A stretch of DNA of 64,000 bases, from contig JAFVQM010000011.1 of the NCBI GenBank assembly GCA_017504795.1, forward strand, positions 22,842 to 86,841, in the 5' to 3' direction. The position numbers and the translations under genes are program-made. Source of the DNA: Clostridia bacterium. GTDB lineage: Bacteria > Bacillota > Clostridia > Christensenellales > Borkfalkiaceae. The notes beneath the pieces are model-generated. The model did no database searches, was not told the origin of the DNA, and saw only the letters and a list, made by a program, of their open reading frames with translations. Shown here piece by piece: positions 44,522 through 54,261 of this stretch (the stretch's first letter is position 1; every line of letters starts with the position of its first letter).

Positions 44522-46133
44522 TTTTACCCTTTTCAAGTTCAATAACCTTATCTACGTAATTAGATATAATCGGCTTATGTGAAATTATTATAAGCGTTAC
44601 GCCTTTAAGATTTGATAGCGATTTTATAAATTCGAGTTCAGAAGCCGAGTCAAGTGCCGAAGTAGGCTCGTCCATAATAATAACGGGCGAGTTTTTATAA
44701 ATTGCCCTTGCAATTGCCACGCGTTGCTCTTGACCTTCTGAAAGTGCCGAGCCCTCGCCTAAATAGTAATTTTCGCCATACTTTTTAACAACTTCGCTAA
44801 GCCCAGACAACGTTATAGCGTTATCAAAGGCTTGCTTTTCGTAGGCTTTGCTATACGTTACGTTTTCTTTAATCGTGCCTGAAAAAATCATATTGCCTTG
44901 TGGCACGAAGGAAATTAAATCTTTTACGGTTGACGGGTTATAATCTTTGCCGTTTGAGAAAATCGTAATCTTACCGCTATCTATCGGGTAAAGCCCTGAA
45001 AGAAGTTTCACAAGCGTAGTTTTACCCTCGCCCGACGCGCCCTTTATTAAAACCTTTTCGCCACGGTTAATTTCAAAACTAGCGCCGTCTAGCACGTTGC
45101 CGTTGCCGTATGAAAAACAAACGCCGTCAAACACGATTTTATCAAACTCGCTAATAGAAACCTTTCTCTCTTCTTTTTTTCCTTCAATTGCAAATAGCCT
45201 TTCGCCTGCAACTATCATTTCAGCGTATGCGGTAAAGAACCCGCTAATTCCAGACACTGGCGCTTTTATTTGCAACACTAATTGAAGTAGCGCGGTTATA
45301 ACGCCAAAGTCAACACCATTTACGCCGTAATATATAGAGTACGCACCAAATATTGCCGCGGTTACGTAAAAGGACGTAAACAAAAAGTTAATAAGCGAAC
45401 TTACGCTTGATAAAAAGTAGCGTTCGTTTCGCCTAGCGAATTTATAGTTTGAAAACTTTTCGTTAAAGTTTTTCAAAGTATAGTCTTCGGCGTTAAATGT
45501 TTTAACGGCTAATAGGTTATTAGAAACTTCCGACAAATACGAATTTTGTTCGGAATTTTTTTGCCTTGATTTTTTGTGGAGTTTATAGGTTATTTTTCTT
45601 ATAAAGAACGAACACGCAACAATTACTACCGCCACCGCTAAAATTATAAGAGTAAAGGTGGGTTGTAAGATAAATAGCGCAATTACCGTGCCAACTAATC
45701 TTACCGCAGTTGAAACGATATTCGGTATTAAGTTTATTCTTACACCGACAACGGTAGATAAATCGCCTTCAAACCTAGTAATTAAATCGCCACCAGAGAT
45801 TTTAGAAGAGTTTTTATAACTGCTACCAAGATAGTTTTTAGCAATTTTATTTTTCAAGTCACACTCTGCTTGGGTTACGATATTATCGCCAAGTAGTTTT
45901 ACTAAAACGCCGAGCACGAAAGACGCTACTACTACCCCAACTAGCGTTATAGCGGAATAAAGAATTTCCGTTTTGTTTGCGCCGTATTCTACCGAGTTTA
46001 TAAGGTTTTTAACGGCAAGCGCAAAAACGACGGAAAGCGCCGACTGAACCGCCCCCGCCACCACGAAGGTTATATACTTTACGTTGCCAAGAGGCAACGC
46101 TTTTTTAATTTTAACTAAAACGTTATTTTTCAT
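44514..46133 (-). CDS. ABC exporter, fused permease/ATP-binding protein
   Basis: 539 aa. Six-TM domain plus NBD ([28 protein letters not shown]). Confidence 0.85.
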   Translation of the reverse strand: MKNNVLVKIKKALPLGNVKYITFVVAGAVQSALSVVFALAVKNLINSVEYGANKTEILYSAITLVGVVVASFVLGVLVKLLGDNIVTQAECDLKNKIAKNYLGSSYKNSSKISGGDLITRFEGDLSTVVGVRINLIPNIVSTAVRLVGTVIALFILQPTFTLIILAVAVVIVACSFFIRKITYKLHKKSRQKNSEQNSYLSEVSNNLLAVKTFNAEDYTLKNFNEKFSNYKFARRNERYFLSSVSSLINFLFTSFYVTAAIFGAYSIYYGVNGVDFGVITALLQLVLQIKAPVSGISGFFTAYAEMIVAGERLFAIEGKKEERKVSISEFDKIVFDGVCFSYGNGNVLDGASFEINRGEKVLIKGASGEGKTTLVKLLSGLYPIDSGKITIFSNGKDYNPSTVKDLISFVPQGNMIFSGTIKENVTYSKAYEKQAFDNAITLSGLSEVVKKYGENYYLGEGSALSEGQEQRVAIARAIYKNSPVIIMDEPTSALDSASELEFIKSLSNLKGVTLIIISHKPIISNYVDKVIELEKGKII

Positions 46134-46244
46134 ACTAATTTATATTATATACTAACGTAATGGTAAAGTCAATTGCAAACTTTTTATAAAAAAGGCTTTA
46201 TTTGTGCTTTCAAGTATGGTAAAATGTAAAAAGCGGAGGTTTTT

Positions 46245-46934
46245 ATGGCTTACAATATTTCAACTATGCATATTTGGAGATTTTTTAACGGCGAGTGCGA
46301 ATGCCCTATGTGCAAACTTAAAAAAAAGACTGAGTGCGACATAGCCGAAAGTTATCTATCCGAAGCCGTTATGGAAGACGCCGAGCGTGAAAAGGTTAAT
46401 AAATACGGTTTTTGTAGAGACCATTACGACCTTTTGTATTCGGGTAAAAACAAACTTGGGCTTGCGCTACAAGCGTCAACTAGGCTTTGGAAACTCGATA
46501 TGAAAATAAAGCCCGTTGACGTAAAGCAAGCGGTTAAAACGGCAAAAAAACTTAGAGAAGAAATATCCGATTGTATTATTTGCCGTAAAATCGAGTTTAA
46601 TATGGGGCGTTATTTTGAAACGGTTGCAAGGCTTTATGGTGACGATGCTAGATTTAGAGAGCAATTTAAGTCAGTTAAAGGGTTTTGCTATCCCGACTAT
46701 ATAAGGTTAGTTGAAAACGCGCCTAAGGCAAAGAGTTATGCAAAAGAGTTTTTACAAGTTTTATACGAAAAGCAAAAAAGTAGCGCCGAAGAAGTTCAAA
46801 AAAACCTAAAAGATTTTACTATGGCATTTGACTATCGCTCGTCGTCACTACCGCCAAAAAGCGCGTCTTTATCACTAGTTCAAGCACGCGTTAAATTCTA
46901 CGGCGAAAAGCCGTCACTCCCTGAAAGAAAATAA
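46245..46934 (+). CDS. hypothetical Cys-rich protein (229 aa)
   Basis: CECPMC...C and CIIC clusters. No family recognised with certainty. Confidence 0.5.
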   Translation: MAYNISTMHIWRFFNGECECPMCKLKKKTECDIAESYLSEAVMEDAEREKVNKYGFCRDHYDLLYSGKNKLGLALQASTRLWKLDMKIKPVDVKQAVKTAKKLREEISDCIICRKIEFNMGRYFETVARLYGDDARFREQFKSVKGFCYPDYIRLVENAPKAKSYAKEFLQVLYEKQKSSAEEVQKNLKDFTMAFDYRSSSLPPKSASLSLVQARVKFYGEKPSLPERK

Positions 46935-46963
46935 TAAAAAAGCGACTTATAAGTCGCTTTTTT
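46928..46963. repeat. 36-nt direct repeat 1 containing a bidirectional terminator
   Basis: aaaataataaaaaagcgacttataagtcgctttttt, identical to 48930-48965. Also encodes the last codons (QKSDL*) of the LysR gene. Confidence 0.85.
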
Positions 46964-47792
46964 GATTTCTTAAAAATTCTATAAAGTTTTTAGTTTCGCC
47001 CGTACAAGTGGCTGGGTTATAGTAGCAGTAAACAACGTATTTTTCATTAAAATCAACAACGTCAAGATACTTTATATGTGGATAGTCTCTATCGTGATTT
47101 TCTCTTCCAAGCCCTATGCCTACGCCCGCTTTTACAAACCTTTCATAACAGTCGTTATCGTTGGCGTTTATCACAACGTTAGGATAAAACCCCGCGCTTT
47201 CACACGCCCTAACTAACGATTTATGCATATTGCTGTTTTCGCCCCACGATATAAACTTCTCGCCTTCTAAGTCTTTTAGTTTTAATTTTTTTGAAGTATA
47301 TATACTTTGAGATACTTTCATTTTAATATTCATACTAAGAAGTTCAAAACCACCGTATCCTACGTATTTATCCCCCTTTTCGTCAATCACGATATCGTAC
47401 TTTTGATAATCGCTTTCTAAAAAGTCAAACACAGTCTTAAAAACGATATTAGGATATTTTTGACTGTACTTTATAATATAGTCGGTAACGTTGCTTCTAA
47501 CTGCTTTTACAAGCATTTTAATCTCGCGAACGGCGTTACTTTTAGATATGTCGTAAACCGCAGAATCAATTTCAAAAAACGCCGAAGTAACCGCATTTTT
47601 AAGCCTTTCACCATTTTTGTTAATGGTGATTTTATTTGCCGTTCTATCAAATAGTTTAACCCCTAGTTCGCTTTCAAGCCTTTTAATTGATGCGGAAACC
47701 GAAGTAGTAGGCACGCCGTACTTTTCAGCGGTTTTCGTAAAACTTTGATTTTTTGAAGTTTCTAAAAAATATCTTAATTGAAGTAGTTCCAT
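46947..47792 (-). CDS. LysR family transcriptional regulator
   Basis: MELLQLRYFLE...FTKTAEKYGVPTTSVSASIKRLE HTH. Confidence 0.85.
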   Translation of the reverse strand: MELLQLRYFLETSKNQSFTKTAEKYGVPTTSVSASIKRLESELGVKLFDRTANKITINKNGERLKNAVTSAFFEIDSAVYDISKSNAVREIKMLVKAVRSNVTDYIIKYSQKYPNIVFKTVFDFLESDYQKYDIVIDEKGDKYVGYGGFELLSMNIKMKVSQSIYTSKKLKLKDLEGEKFISWGENSNMHKSLVRACESAGFYPNVVINANDNDCYERFVKAGVGIGLGRENHDRDYPHIKYLDVVDFNEKYVVYCYYNPATCTGETKNFIEFLRNQKSDL

Positions 47793-47902
47793 ACACACAT
47801 TTTACCATAACTTTTAAGATGTAGCAAGTATAATTTATCTTATTATTTACAATATAGTAACCGCTTGGTAAAATATTAGTAATTTAATTTAAGGAGATTG
47901 TT

Positions 47903-48925
47903 ATGAAAGCAGATTTGATATTTTTGAATAATAAGGCGATGGACGAACTTGGCGTTTCCGATATGAAAGCCGTTATGAACGACGTTGAAAGGGTTTACGT
48001 TCTCAACCGCTTGGGTGACGTTATAGCGCCAGGTAAATGCGTTATGCGTTGGGGCAAAACGCCGGAAGATGAAAACGTGTACGGTAGAATTAACGCTATG
48101 CCAGGCTATATCGGTGGCGAATACGATATGGCTGGTATTAAGTGGATAGGTAGCGGACCGCAAAACTATAAAAAAGGATTACCGCGCGCAAGCGTTACCA
48201 TGATATTAAACGACCCTGACACAAAACTTCCACTTTGCGTTGCAGACGGCACGAAAGTTTCCACTATGAGAACGGGGGCATCAGGTGGCGTTGCCGTTAA
48301 ACTTCTTGCAAAATCTAACGCCGAAGTTATGACTATTTGCGGTGCGGGTGCGCAAGCGCCTACTCAACTTGAAGCGTCGCTTATCGCAAGGCCTTCAATT
48401 AAAAAACTTTACGTTTACGATATAGTGCTTGCTAATGCTGAAAGGTTTGCAAATTCAACGCGTGAAAAATATCCTAATTTAGAAGTAATTCCTACCCTTG
48501 ATATTGAAAAGGCTTCGCGCGATAGTGATATTATTGACTGCGTAACTTTGGCAAGCGAACCGTTTATTAAAGGCGAGTGGCTAAAAAAAGGTGCGCTAGT
48601 TATGAATATGGCAGATTTAGAAGTTGATTACGAGTGCGTTCGCCGTGCAAGTAAAATAGTTGTTGACTACTGGGAAAACATTAAACACCGTATGATTTCA
48701 ACCGTAGCGTATATGTGGCGTGACGGACTAATTAAAGATAGCGATATCCACGCCGAACTTGGCGAGATATTAAACGGAACGAAATCCCCGCGTGAAAACG
48801 ACGACGAAATTATTTACTTCAACGCCGTTGGAGCAGGAATACTTGATATTGCAGTAACTGCAAGATGCTATAAACAAGCATTAAAAACGGGCAAAGGCAT
48901 TAAACTTCCGTTCTGGGAAGAATAA
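47903..48925 (+). CDS. ornithine cyclodeaminase / mu-crystallin family protein
   Basis: 340 aa. Rossmann motif ICGAGAQA. Divergent from the LysR gene. Confidence 0.7.
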   Translation: MKADLIFLNNKAMDELGVSDMKAVMNDVERVYVLNRLGDVIAPGKCVMRWGKTPEDENVYGRINAMPGYIGGEYDMAGIKWIGSGPQNYKKGLPRASVTMILNDPDTKLPLCVADGTKVSTMRTGASGGVAVKLLAKSNAEVMTICGAGAQAPTQLEASLIARPSIKKLYVYDIVLANAERFANSTREKYPNLEVIPTLDIEKASRDSDIIDCVTLASEPFIKGEWLKKGALVMNMADLEVDYECVRRASKIVVDYWENIKHRMISTVAYMWRDGLIKDSDIHAELGEILNGTKSPRENDDEIIYFNAVGAGILDIAVTARCYKQALKTGKGIKLPFWEE

Positions 48926-48929
48926 TCGT

Positions 48930-48965
48930 AAAATAATAAAAAAGCGACTTATAAGTCGCTTTTTT
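48930..48965. repeat. 36-nt direct repeat 2 containing a bidirectional terminator
   Basis: Identical to 46928-46963. Confidence 0.85.
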
Positions 48966-48967
48966 TA

Positions 48968-49588
48968 TTATTCATCTTCTTCGGCAGAATTATAAAAATC
49001 GTCGTTTAATATTTGTAAAACTTCTTCGATTTTCGTAAGTAATTTATCCTTGCCATATCCCGTTTCTGCCGAAGTTGCAATAACTTTATCCATACCGATA
49101 GCAAGGTAATTACCTATTGATTTTACCCTTTCGTAAATTCTAGTTTTGCCTATTTTATCGGCTTTGGTGGCAACCACGGTAAAAGGTAGCGCGTAACTGT
49201 GAAGGTAGTTTATCATAGACAAATCGTCTTTCGTGGGGTCGTGGCGAATATCAACTAGCATAATAACGTGGTTAAGCGCCTTGTCTGACGCAAAGTACTC
49301 TTCCATTAGTTTTGCCCATTTTTTCTTTTCGCTATCCGATACTTTTGCAAACCCGTACCCTGGAAGGTCGGCTAGAATAAACTCGCCAAAGTCAAAGTAG
49401 TTTATAAGCCTAGTTCTACCTGGGGTAACCGAAGTTCTTGCAAGCCCTTTTTTGTTTGCAAGCGCGTTTATTAGCGAACTTTTGCCAACGTTAGACTTTC
49501 CGCACACGGCAATAATAGGTCTATCGGATACCAAAAAGTTTTTACTGTCGGCAACCGAAGTTATGAATTTTGCATTTTTAATAATCAT
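48968..49588 (-). CDS. engB: ribosome biogenesis GTPase YsxC/EngB
   Basis: GKSNVGKSSLIN G1 motif and DLPGYG. Confidence 0.9.
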   Translation of the reverse strand: MIIKNAKFITSVADSKNFLVSDRPIIAVCGKSNVGKSSLINALANKKGLARTSVTPGRTRLINYFDFGEFILADLPGYGFAKVSDSEKKKWAKLMEEYFASDKALNHVIMLVDIRHDPTKDDLSMINYLHSYALPFTVVATKADKIGKTRIYERVKSIGNYLAIGMDKVIATSAETGYGKDKLLTKIEEVLQILNDDFYNSAEEDE

Positions 49589-51927
49589 TAGAGTTCAAAC
49601 ACCTTATTGTAAACTTCATTGTAACTCTCTACGGGGTAGAAAGTAATTTTATCCTTGATTTCCTTAGGAATTTCTTCTAAATCTTTATAGTTGCTAGCAG
49701 GTATAATTATTTCGCGGATACCAAGCCTAAACGCCGCAAGCGACTTTTCTTTAAGCCCGCCTATTTTAAGTACGTTACCGCGAAGAGTTATCTCACCCGT
49801 CATACCAACGCTACGCTTAACTTTTTTATTAGTGAGCGCCGAAAGTAGCGCCGTAGTTAGCGTTATGCCTGCGCTAGGCCCGTCTTTCGGGGTAGCGCCT
49901 TCGGGCACGTGAACGTGTATATCCGTCTTTTCAAGCGCTTCACTGTCGATACCGAACTTTTCCGCGTTAGAACGTAAATACGATAGCGCGGTTTTAGCGC
50001 TTTCTTGCATAACGTCACCAAGTTTACCGGTTAAAAGTAAATTGCCTTTGCCTTTCATAAGCGCAACTTCTATGGTTAAGGTAGTACCGCCAAGCGCAGT
50101 CCACGCAAGCCCCGTTGCCGAACCTACACCGCTTTCTTCAAGTTTTTCTTCGCTTTCATACTTCTTAGCGCCAAGGTAGTTTTTAACGTTATCTTTTGTG
50201 ATAATTTGCTTTTTATACTTGCTGTTTTCGGCAACTTTTACCGCAACTTTTCTACAAATTGCGCCCACTTGCTGTTCGAGTTTTCTAACACCTGCTTCGC
50301 CCGTATAACCCGTAATTATCTCGCGCAAGCCGTCTTCCGTAAAGCGAATATTTTTATCCGATAATCCGTTAAGTGCGCTTTGCTTGGGGGCAAGATATTT
50401 AAGCCCGATTTGAATTTTTTCTTCTTCGGTGTAGCCCGATAAATTTATAACTTCCATACGGTCAAGTAAGGGGGCTGGGATAGTATCTAAACTATTTGCC
50501 GTAGTTATAAACATAATTTTTTGTAAGTTGTAAGGAATTTCTAGGTATCTATCGCGGAAAGTATCGTTTTGCTCGGGGTCTAAAACTTCAAGTAACGCGC
50601 TTGCGGGATCTCCGCGAAGGTCGGTTGAGAGTTTATCGATTTCGTCAAGCAAGAAAACGGGGTTTATAACGCCGGCTTCTTTCATGCCGTAGATAATTCT
50701 ACCGGGCATTGCGCCTATATAAGTCTTTCTGTGTCCACGAATTTCAGCCTCGTCTTTCACACCGCCAAGGCTCATTCTAACTAGTTTTCTATTAAGCGCC
50801 CTAGCAACCGATTTAGCAACCGAAGTTTTACCAACCCCCGGCGGACCAACAAGGCAAAGTATTGGACCTTTTAACGATTTTGTAAGTTTAAGAACCGCTA
50901 AATACTCGGTAATTCTCTCTTTAACTTTATCTAAGCCGAAATGATCTTCTTCTAAAACTTTTTTACAGTCTTTAAGGTCTTCGGTGTCAACGCTTTCGTT
51001 CGTAAACGGTAGGTCTATAATCCAATCGATATACGAGCGCAAAACGGTGTAATCGGGAGACGACGGCGCCATTTTACTCATTTTAGAAAGTTCTTGTAAA
51101 ACCTTTTCTTCACTTTCTTTGGGCATATTTTTGGCTTTAATTTTCTCGGTTAACTCGTCAAGTTCTTTAACGTCGTCACCTAATTCTTCGTGGATTGCCT
51201 TGATTTGCTCGCGAAGATAAAATTCTTTTTGGTTTTTTTCAACGCTTTCTTTTACGCGCGCCGAGATAACCTTGTCTGCCTTTACGATTTCTGCTTCGTA
51301 AGATAATAAGTCGTAAAAAAGTGAGATTTGCGCGCTAACGCTATCGAGTTCTAAAAGGCGCTGTTTGTCCTTTTCCTTAAACGGTAGGTTAAAAGACGCG
51401 GAATTTATAAATTCCGTAACGTTTTCTATCGCGCTAATTTTAAGCGCGTTTTCTTTATTGAATTTTTGAAGGGTTGACGAAGTTTCCCTAAACAACTCTT
51501 TCGACCTTCTAAAATACGCTTCCGTTTCGGGCGAAAAATCGTTTATTTCTTCTATCTTTTCAACGTTAAAGGTTAAAAAATCGCCGTTGTCACTACCGCT
51601 TATAACCCTTGCGCGATAAAGTGATTCTACCGTAAGCCTAAAATTTTCGGTAGCAATTTTCGCTAAATTTCCAACCTTACACACAACGCCTACGCTATAT
51701 AAGTCGCTAACTTTGGGGCTATCCACCCTAACGTCTTTTTGCGTTACTAAAAAGATAGTTCTATCCCCTTTGATAGACGCGTTCACCGCAGAAAGTGACT
51801 TTACTCTGCCAACGTCTATCGTGGTGTAAACGCCGGGGAATATTACCTTGCCCCTAACGGCTACGGTAGGTATTCCAAAATGGCTTAATACTTCGCTATT
51901 TTCTTGTTTATTAGTTATTTGTTCCAT
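49588..51927 (-). CDS. lon: ATP-dependent protease Lon (LonA)
   Basis: GPPGVGKTS and the catalytic PKDGPSAG segment. 779 aa. Confidence 0.95.
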   Translation of the reverse strand: MEQITNKQENSEVLSHFGIPTVAVRGKVIFPGVYTTIDVGRVKSLSAVNASIKGDRTIFLVTQKDVRVDSPKVSDLYSVGVVCKVGNLAKIATENFRLTVESLYRARVISGSDNGDFLTFNVEKIEEINDFSPETEAYFRRSKELFRETSSTLQKFNKENALKISAIENVTEFINSASFNLPFKEKDKQRLLELDSVSAQISLFYDLLSYEAEIVKADKVISARVKESVEKNQKEFYLREQIKAIHEELGDDVKELDELTEKIKAKNMPKESEEKVLQELSKMSKMAPSSPDYTVLRSYIDWIIDLPFTNESVDTEDLKDCKKVLEEDHFGLDKVKERITEYLAVLKLTKSLKGPILCLVGPPGVGKTSVAKSVARALNRKLVRMSLGGVKDEAEIRGHRKTYIGAMPGRIIYGMKEAGVINPVFLLDEIDKLSTDLRGDPASALLEVLDPEQNDTFRDRYLEIPYNLQKIMFITTANSLDTIPAPLLDRMEVINLSGYTEEEKIQIGLKYLAPKQSALNGLSDKNIRFTEDGLREIITGYTGEAGVRKLEQQVGAICRKVAVKVAENSKYKKQIITKDNVKNYLGAKKYESEEKLEESGVGSATGLAWTALGGTTLTIEVALMKGKGNLLLTGKLGDVMQESAKTALSYLRSNAEKFGIDSEALEKTDIHVHVPEGATPKDGPSAGITLTTALLSALTNKKVKRSVGMTGEITLRGNVLKIGGLKEKSLAAFRLGIREIIIPASNYKDLEEIPKEIKDKITFYPVESYNEVYNKVFEL

Positions 51928-52017
51928 AGTTTAGTTATTATATACTATTTAGTATATTTTTGCAAGTATTTTGTGAAATTACTATTAAACGCCAAAATTT
52001 TATGCTAAAATGTAGAT

Positions 52018-52827
52018 ATGAACAAATATTTTAACGAGCATACGACGGTGCTTGTAACGGGCGCATCGTCAGGTATAGGCAAAGAAATTACTAAAATTTT
52101 AATAAATAGTTACGGCGCAAAAATAGTTGGCGTTGGTAGAAATAAAGAAAAACTTCAAGCGCTAAAAAGTGAGTTTGGCGACAAATTTATCCCCTATCAA
52201 GCGGACGTTTCTATAAAAGAAGAGTGGCTAAAAATAAAAGAGTTTTTACAAGTTGAAAATATAGAAGTTAGCGGAGTTATTAACTCGGCAGGGGTTTTAC
52301 CTAAATTTTCTAAATTTAACGAAAGCGTTTACGAACAGGCTGAAAAGGTTTTATCTACTAACTTTTTGTCTATCGTAAACTCGTCGGGAATTTTTATGCC
52401 GTTACTTGTAAGAAAAGAAAACCCAATTATTATAAACGTACTAAGTTCGTCTGCCCTATGCCCGTTTAGTGGTGTATCAATGTACTCGGCGTCAAAGTCC
52501 GCAGGCGTTAGGTTTTCAGAGTGTTTAAGTTTTGAAAATAAAAAGATAAAAGTAGTAACCGTTATGCCAGGCTTTACAAAAACTAACGTTATGCGTAGCC
52601 AAAACGCAAGCGAAAAGGAACTATCCGTTATCGATAAAATTTCCGCCCCAGCAGACAAGGTTGCCAAAAAGATTATAAAGCGTGCAAGTAAAGGTAAAAC
52701 TAGAATTATTATCGGGTTTGACGCGCACCTTATGAACTTTCTCTACAAGTTCTTCCCACGCACCGCTCCCCGCCTTATAGGTTGGTTTTTACGAAAAACA
52801 AAACTAAAACTCTTTGAAGAAATTTAA
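52018..52827 (+). CDS. SDR family oxidoreductase
   Basis: TGASSGIG cofactor motif and YSASK catalytic motif. Confidence 0.85.
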   Translation: MNKYFNEHTTVLVTGASSGIGKEITKILINSYGAKIVGVGRNKEKLQALKSEFGDKFIPYQADVSIKEEWLKIKEFLQVENIEVSGVINSAGVLPKFSKFNESVYEQAEKVLSTNFLSIVNSSGIFMPLLVRKENPIIINVLSSSALCPFSGVSMYSASKSAGVRFSECLSFENKKIKVVTVMPGFTKTNVMRSQNASEKELSVIDKISAPADKVAKKIIKRASKGKTRIIIGFDAHLMNFLYKFFPRTAPRLIGWFLRKTKLKLFEEI

Positions 52828-52830
52828 TAT

Positions 52831-52861
52831 AAAAACTCTCACTTTCCGTGAGAGTTTTTTT
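52831..52861. terminator. bidirectional intrinsic terminator (AAACTCTC...GAGAGTTT stem)
   Basis: aaaaactctcac-tttcc-gtgagagttttttt. Confidence 0.75.
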
Positions 52862-52898
52862 AATTTATTGAATTTATATTAGCCTTTTTTATGTGACC

Positions 52899-53025
52899 TT
52901 TTAAGGCATATTAAACGAGTTAGACGAGGCGTTTGCGATTTTTTGGAAGGGAGCGACCTTGTTGGTCGCAGGAATTTCAAAAAACGCAAAGAACAATGTA
53001 TAACGAAGTTTAAGACGCCTTAAAA
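52899..53025. repeat. modular repeat family, complete 127-nt copy with variant terminal inverted repeats
   Basis: 5' TTTTAAGGCATATTAAAC (52899-52916) versus the reverse complement of 53008-53025, TTTTAAGGCGTCTTAAAC (16/18). The body is homologous to 3258-3387, with helix 52935-52945/52978-52987 around gcgaccTTGTTggtcgc. Encodes the last 5 codons and the stop of clpX. Confidence 0.8.
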
Positions 53026-54245
53026 ATAACTTCGGGTTTCTTATTACCTTTTATAACTTCTTCGTCTATTATAACTTTTTCGGCGTTTTCGCTTGGGATA
53101 TCGTACATACAGTCAAGCATAACGTTTTCAAAAATAGTGCGTAAGCCACGAGCACCAGTTTTTAATTCAATTGCCTTTTTAGCAATTTCGTAAACGGCAC
53201 CGTCGGTAACTTCTAGGTCGCACTCGTCCATACCGATAAGTTTTTTATACTGTTTTACAAGTGCGTTTTTAGGCTCAGTCATAATCTTTACGAGCGCAGT
53301 TTCGTCAAGCGGATCTAAACAAACGGTTATTGGCACTCTTCCAACAAATTCGGGAATTAAGCCGTATTTGGTTAAATCGCCGGGCTGAACGTCGTTAAGT
53401 ACGGCAGTATTACCGCCATTTTTACCGTTAACGTTACCGCCAAAACCTAGACTAGACGCGTCCTTTCTCTTTTCAATAATCTTGTCAAGCCCAACGAACG
53501 CGCCACCGCAAATAAATAAAATGTTGGTGGTATCTATTTGAATAAGTTCTTGTTGGGGGTGCTTTCTTCCGCCTTGCGGTGGAACGGACGCTACCGTTGA
53601 CTCAATAATTTTAAGTAGCGCTTGTTGAACGCCTTCACCAGAAACGTCACGCGTGATGGATACGTTTTCGCTTTTTCGTGCAATTTTGTCAATCTCGTCG
53701 ATATACACGATACCGCGTTCTGCACGAGCCACGTCGTAATCGGCGTTTTTGATAAGTTTAAGTAGAATATTTTCTACGTCTTCCCCGACGTAGCCTGCCT
53801 CGGTGAGCGTTGTCGCGTCAGCCACGGCAAAGGGAACGTTTAATATCTTAGCAAGCGTTCTTGCAAGCAAGGTTTTACCCGAACCCGTAGGGCCTAAAAG
53901 CAAAATGTTAGACTTTTCTATCTCGGTAACGTCGTCACTTTCGCCTTTGAGTTTGGCGTTTATTCTTTTATAGTGGTTGTAAACCGCAACCGATAAAACC
54001 TTTTTGGCCTTATCTTGACCAACGATATAGTTATCGAGTTCTTCTTTTATTTGCTTGGGTTTTTTAAGTTCTACTTCTTCTACTTCAACTAAATTTTCTT
54101 CTTCTAAAATGCTGTTGCAAATTTCCAAACACTCGTCACAAATATAAAGTCCGTTAGGACCTGCAACAAGTTTATTTGCAAGTTCTTTGGGTTTACCGCA
54201 GAAGGCGCAATATAGTCCGTTATTTAAGTTTTCGTTGTTAGCCAT
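53010..54245 (-). CDS. clpX: ATP-dependent Clp protease ATP-binding subunit ClpX
   Basis: N-terminal zinc finger CAFCGK...[12 protein letters not shown], and an IGF-type loop region. Confidence 0.95.
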   Translation of the reverse strand: MANNENLNNGLYCAFCGKPKELANKLVAGPNGLYICDECLEICNSILEEENLVEVEEVELKKPKQIKEELDNYIVGQDKAKKVLSVAVYNHYKRINAKLKGESDDVTEIEKSNILLLGPTGSGKTLLARTLAKILNVPFAVADATTLTEAGYVGEDVENILLKLIKNADYDVARAERGIVYIDEIDKIARKSENVSITRDVSGEGVQQALLKIIESTVASVPPQGGRKHPQQELIQIDTTNILFICGGAFVGLDKIIEKRKDASSLGFGGNVNGKNGGNTAVLNDVQPGDLTKYGLIPEFVGRVPITVCLDPLDETALVKIMTEPKNALVKQYKKLIGMDECDLEVTDGAVYEIAKKAIELKTGARGLRTIFENVMLDCMYDIPSENAEKVIIDEEVIKGNKKPEVIFKAS

Positions 54246-54261
54246 AACTCTCCTTTATATA

